Source of the DNA: Faecalimonas sp.
GTDB lineage: Bacteria; Bacillota; Clostridia; Lachnospirales; Lachnospiraceae
Assembly: GCA_045593805.1 (NCBI GenBank)
Contig: JAZNXJ010000009.1
Span: 5,759 to 69,758 of the forward strand
Reading direction: 5' to 3'
Length of the DNA: 64,000 bases
A program made the position numbers and the translations under genes. The stretch's first letter is position 1. The number at the start of each line of letters is the position of its first letter. Positions 61,068-64,000 of this stretch are shown in pieces. The notes under the pieces are model-generated. The model searched no databases. It saw only the letters and a program-made list of their open reading frames with translations, and was not told the DNA's origin.

Positions 61068-62282
61068 ATGGAAAAACAGAATATCGACCAACAGATTCTC
61101 ATTAATGACTTGCTTTCTTCCATAGGTGATGGTACACTCACCCCATCAGAGATTTCGGAAAAAGTACTGTATATGATGAAGAAGCAGGAAATTGAAAAGA
61201 AATATCATGACTTAATCAAACAAAGAAAGGATGGCAGACAATACTACATTTACATCAACCGCAAGCAGTACAACGCTACTACTTATGACGGATTGATAAA
61301 GATTCTTTTTGACTTGGAGAATAGCAAAGTAAAATCAAGTCTGACGGATATATTTCCGGAATGGATGTTATGGCGTAGAGATTATACTTCCGTCAGTAGC
61401 AAGACATTAAAAGAAGATACGTTCAATTGGAATAAGTATCTGAAAGACAAGAAAGTTTCTACAACGCCTTTATTAGATTTGGCACCTAAAGACTTCGTGC
61501 AAGAGTTTCGGCTATGGACAAAAGACCGACAAATGACACGAAAACAATTTAACAATGTCAGAAGTCTTATCAACAATCTGTATGCATACGCTATTGAAAA
61601 TGAAATCGTAGCGTATAACCCTATAAAAGAAATAAGCAGCAGACAATTCACTTTTAAACCAGTCAACAATTCGGATGACGTCTTTACGATTGAAGAACGA
61701 GAAATCTTATTGAAGCACCTAGCCGATAATAACGATATGTATTCACTTGCAATTCAATTAGACTTTCATCTTGTGGCACGTATAGGCGAATTGCTTTCAC
61801 TTCGTTGGAGTGATATTAAAGGAAATACCATTCACATTCAAGGACAACTGTTGACCGACTTCCACATGAATGATGATTTGACCTTCAGTTCAAAAGAACA
61901 TGTAAATGTAGACCACATCAAAGGGAACACAGAACAAGGTTTCCGTTATCAGCATTTAACCCAAGAGGCATTACGGATATTAGACGAGATAAGAAAACAA
62001 AATCCTGATGGTGAGTTTATTCTGATGAAAGATGGCAAGCAACTGACGTATGACACGTTCAATAGACGATTAAAACAATACTGCAATGAATGTGGTATTA
62101 AAGCATATTCAAGCCATAAAATAAGGTTTTGCACCGCTTCCTTACTCTATGTCAAAGGAATGCCGATTACAGACTTACAGAAACTACTCGGACATACAAA
62201 GGTTGCTATGACATGGCACTATTTAAGGAATGTAGCACCTACTCAAAATACGGCTGATATTATGGAAACTGCATTAGGATAA
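61068..62282 (+). CDS. int: tyrosine-type site-specific integrase
   Basis: 404 aa. ARIGELLSLRWSDI (Arg), HKIRF (HxxR) and LLGHTKVAMTWHY (His..Tyr) motifs. Confidence 0.92.
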   Translation: MEKQNIDQQILINDLLSSIGDGTLTPSEISEKVLYMMKKQEIEKKYHDLIKQRKDGRQYYIYINRKQYNATTYDGLIKILFDLENSKVKSSLTDIFPEWMLWRRDYTSVSSKTLKEDTFNWNKYLKDKKVSTTPLLDLAPKDFVQEFRLWTKDRQMTRKQFNNVRSLINNLYAYAIENEIVAYNPIKEISSRQFTFKPVNNSDDVFTIEEREILLKHLADNNDMYSLAIQLDFHLVARIGELLSLRWSDIKGNTIHIQGQLLTDFHMNDDLTFSSKEHVNVDHIKGNTEQGFRYQHLTQEALRILDEIRKQNPDGEFILMKDGKQLTYDTFNRRLKQYCNECGIKAYSSHKIRFCTASLLYVKGMPITDLQKLLGHTKVAMTWHYLRNVAPTQNTADIMETALG

Positions 62283-62297
62283 TGTGTAAAAAACAAC

Positions 62298-62316
62298 GTA
62301 CATACAAATACATACA
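62298..62316 (+). repeat. tandem TACATACA motif (candidate arm-type site), right end
   Basis: GTACATACAAATACATACA, a direct copy of 55120-55139 with a 1-nt indel. Confidence 0.4.
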
Positions 62317-62375
62317 AATTTTCGAACGGAAAAAGAAAGATTTTAGAACAGATTCTTTTCTTTCAAGGCATTAAA

Positions 62376-62406
62376 AAAAGTACTTCGATTAAGAAGTACT
62401 TTTCGT
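62376..62406 (+). terminator. intrinsic terminator after int
   Basis: AAAAGTACTTC-loop-GAAGTACTTTT hairpin. Confidence 0.65.
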
Positions 62407-62436
62407 CAAACCCTTGATTTTCAGGGCTTTTATCAA

Positions 62437-62510
62437 CGTGGGCGAGAAGATTCGAACTCCCGACCTTTTGGTCCGTAGCCAAACGCTCTATCCAGCTGAG
62501 CTACGCCCAC
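62437..62510 (-). tRNA. tRNA-Arg (anticodon ACG), element-borne copy
   Basis: Identical to 54930-55003. Separated from tRNA-Leu by only 4 nt. Confidence 0.9.
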
Positions 62511-62514
62511 ATAA

Positions 62515-62601
62515 TGCCGCAAACCGGAATCGAACCGGTACGGGAGTATAAGTCCCGCAGGATTTTAAGTCCTGTGCGTCTGCCAGTTCCGCCACTGCGG
62601 C
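62515..62601 (-). tRNA. tRNA-Leu (anticodon UAA)
   Basis: Long variable arm and anticodon loop CTTAAAA. The 3'-terminal 21 nt form the attR core. Confidence 0.9.
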
Positions 62602-62624
62602 ATTCCACCTAATTTCTTAGGTAA

Positions 62625-62697
62625 TGGGACCAATAGGGCTCGAACCTATGACCCTCTGCTTGTAAGGCAGATGCTCTCCCAGCTGAGCTATGATCCC
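62625..62697 (-). tRNA. tRNA-Val (anticodon UAC)
   Basis: GGGATCATAGCTCAGCTGGGAGAGC... with anticodon loop CTTACAA. Confidence 0.88.
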
Positions 62698-62928
62698 ATA
62701 TGTGTTCCAAACGGAACAATGACTATTATATTGAAGAGACCTCGATTTGTCAAGTATGAATTTTCATATATTCACTAAATTTTTGATAAAACTGATACAA
62801 CTTAAATCTATTATCATTTTAGCCCGTATTTTGGCAAGAATCCCATCAAATTGAAAAAACGGATTGAAATCATATATCTGATACGTTATACTTGATATAA
62901 TGATTACATTGTATCGGAGGACAACACA

Positions 62929-63315
62929 TTGGAAGAAAAAAGACGTGCAAAACGCATTCAGGTGGAACTCAATCTCAAAATCTCATCCCTGTTCATGCAG
63001 GATAATGTAAAAGTAGAAAATATTGACGCTCCTATCAATGTTGTCAACATTTCCAGAGGCGGCATCGGCTTTATCACAGAGAGCGTTTTACCGCTCGGTT
63101 ACTACTTCAACGCAACACTGAATCTCGGTGAATCCGACGACGCTGCTCTTTACTGTGTTGTAAAGATTATCCGTACCAAGGATCTTGCAGATGGCATGCA
63201 TTTGTATGGTTGTGAGATGATTGGTCTTGCACCGGTTCTGTCCTATATCTTCGAAAACTACGAAAAAAACCTTGTATCCGACGAAGCCCCCGACGATACT
63301 TCTGATACAGAATAA
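62929..63315 (+). CDS. PilZ-domain protein
   Basis: 128 aa. RRAKRI (RxxxR) and NISRGGIGF (D/NxSxxG) motifs. TTG start after GGAGGA. Confidence 0.82.
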   Translation: MEEKRRAKRIQVELNLKISSLFMQDNVKVENIDAPINVVNISRGGIGFITESVLPLGYYFNATLNLGESDDAALYCVVKIIRTKDLADGMHLYGCEMIGLAPVLSYIFENYEKNLVSDEAPDDTSDTE

Positions 63316-63333
63316 TTACTTCTCTATACAACA

Positions 63334-63369
63334 AACGGCATCAGGAAACTCCTGATGCCGTTATTTGTT
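63334..63369. terminator. bidirectional terminator between convergent genes
   Basis: AACGGCATCAGG-aaact-CCTGATGCCGTT followed by ATTTGTT. Confidence 0.75.
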
Positions 63370-63407
63370 ACAATTCACACCCTATTCAGCATTTATTATA
63401 ACAACGA

Positions 63408-63605
63408 TTACAGCTTCGTTACGTTAGCTGCCTGCGGTCCCTTCTCGCCGTCAATCACTTCGAATTCAACCTTGTCGCCTTCATCAAGTACCTTGAAGCC
63501 TTCCATGTTCAAAGCGGAAAAATGTACAAATACATCATTTCCTTCATCTGTGGAAATAAATCCGAAACCCTTCTTTGCGTTGAACCACTTAACTGTTCCT
63601 GTCAT
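63408..63605 (-). CDS. cspA: cold-shock protein (CspA family)
   Basis: 65 aa. [15 protein letters not shown] and [12 protein letters not shown] motifs. Confidence 0.95.
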   Translation of the reverse strand: MTGTVKWFNAKKGFGFISTDEGNDVFVHFSALNMEGFKVLDEGDKVEFEVIDGEKGPQAANVTKL

Positions 63606-64000
63606 AATGGTAAACCTCCCAAAACATAAATCCGAATATCTTTTTGATATTCTGTATCCAACATACCACCATTTTACAATTTTGTCAAATTTCTTTGTAT
63701 TTTAGCATCTTTCCCCTTATGCTAAAATCAAACAACAATGAAATAAACCATTGAAAAATAATATACAACAGCTACAATAGAAACATACTTATTATAACAA
63801 TTCTGTACAACACCAAGTAACAAATCCCCTATCTGCTCCCTGACGTTGTACACTAAAGAAACGGACGTACCATACCATGAATACAGTAAATCAAACCACT
63901 TCTAGAAATCTCTTGTATCGACTCATCGCATTCTTTACGGTAAGCCATATGAGCAAAAACACAGAACTTCACGGCGAACTTCCCTCTACCGGAGAACTTT

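Larger units (their letters stand above)
55041..62535. mobile_element. integrative genomic island (~7.5 kb) in the tRNA-Leu(UAA) 3' end
   Basis: 21-bp direct att repeats, a tyrosine integrase next to the tRNA-proximal end, AT-rich cargo and an element-borne tRNA-Arg copy. Confidence 0.8.

Noticed and set aside
63879-64000. Partial plus-strand ORF running off the window, containing LPSTGE, which resembles a sortase LPxTG motif.
   Set aside because: The motif lies about 35 aa from the N-terminus of a truncated ORF with no signal peptide visible. A real sorting signal is C-terminal. The data are insufficient.
1-64000. A scan of the whole window for CRISPR arrays, rRNA genes, IS transposases, prophage structural genes and riboswitch or T-box leaders.
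   Set aside because: I saw no regularly spaced repeats, rRNA-like segments or transposase motifs. The intergenic regions upstream of biosynthetic or transport genes are too short or lack recognisable conserved cores.

Overview
This window looks like a chromosomal segment from a low-GC, spore-forming Firmicute. The Clostridia/Lachnospiraceae-like assignment is an inference from gene content such as YlmC, Csp-type proteases, rubrerythrin and ECF/CoaBC. About 80% is ordinary, tightly packed core genome, mostly on the minus strand. The conserved block is priA-def-fmt-(Zn peptidase)-rsmB-rlmN-(oxidoreductase)-prpC-prkC-rsgA-rpe-thiN. Other core genes include murE, dinB, clpB (behind a perfect CIRCE operator), clpX, galK, coaBC, xth, nrdR, cdd, a VTC/DUF4956 cluster, rubrerythrin and an alanine symporter. 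I saw no rRNA, CRISPR array or recognisable IS transposase. Two visibly AT-richer accessory segments stand out. (1) At 41.5-48.5 kb, an ABC-2 transporter operon is bracketed by 131-bp direct repeats that copy the 3' end of a neighbouring tyrosine recombinase gene. Next to it is a 2.3-kb two-gene cassette: a GT2 glycosyltransferase and a protein with a TIR/deoxyribosyltransferase-like N-terminus and a HEAT-repeat C-terminus. The cassette is bounded by perfect 42-bp inverted repeats and near-identical 8-bp flanking direct repeats. (2) At 55.0-62.5 kb, a ~7.5-kb integrase-bearing island sits in the 3' end of tRNA-Leu(UAA) and carries its own extra tRNA-Arg(ACG) copy. Its cargo includes a compact three-gene module: a small Cys/His protein, a Beta-protein (sce7725-like) protein and a convergent PD-(D/E)xK (sce7726-like) nuclease. 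This module is my best candidate for an undescribed defence-type system. The gal locus is visibly decaying, with an internally deleted AraC regulator and a truncated galT. All family assignments come from reading motifs by eye and need HMM or BLAST confirmation.
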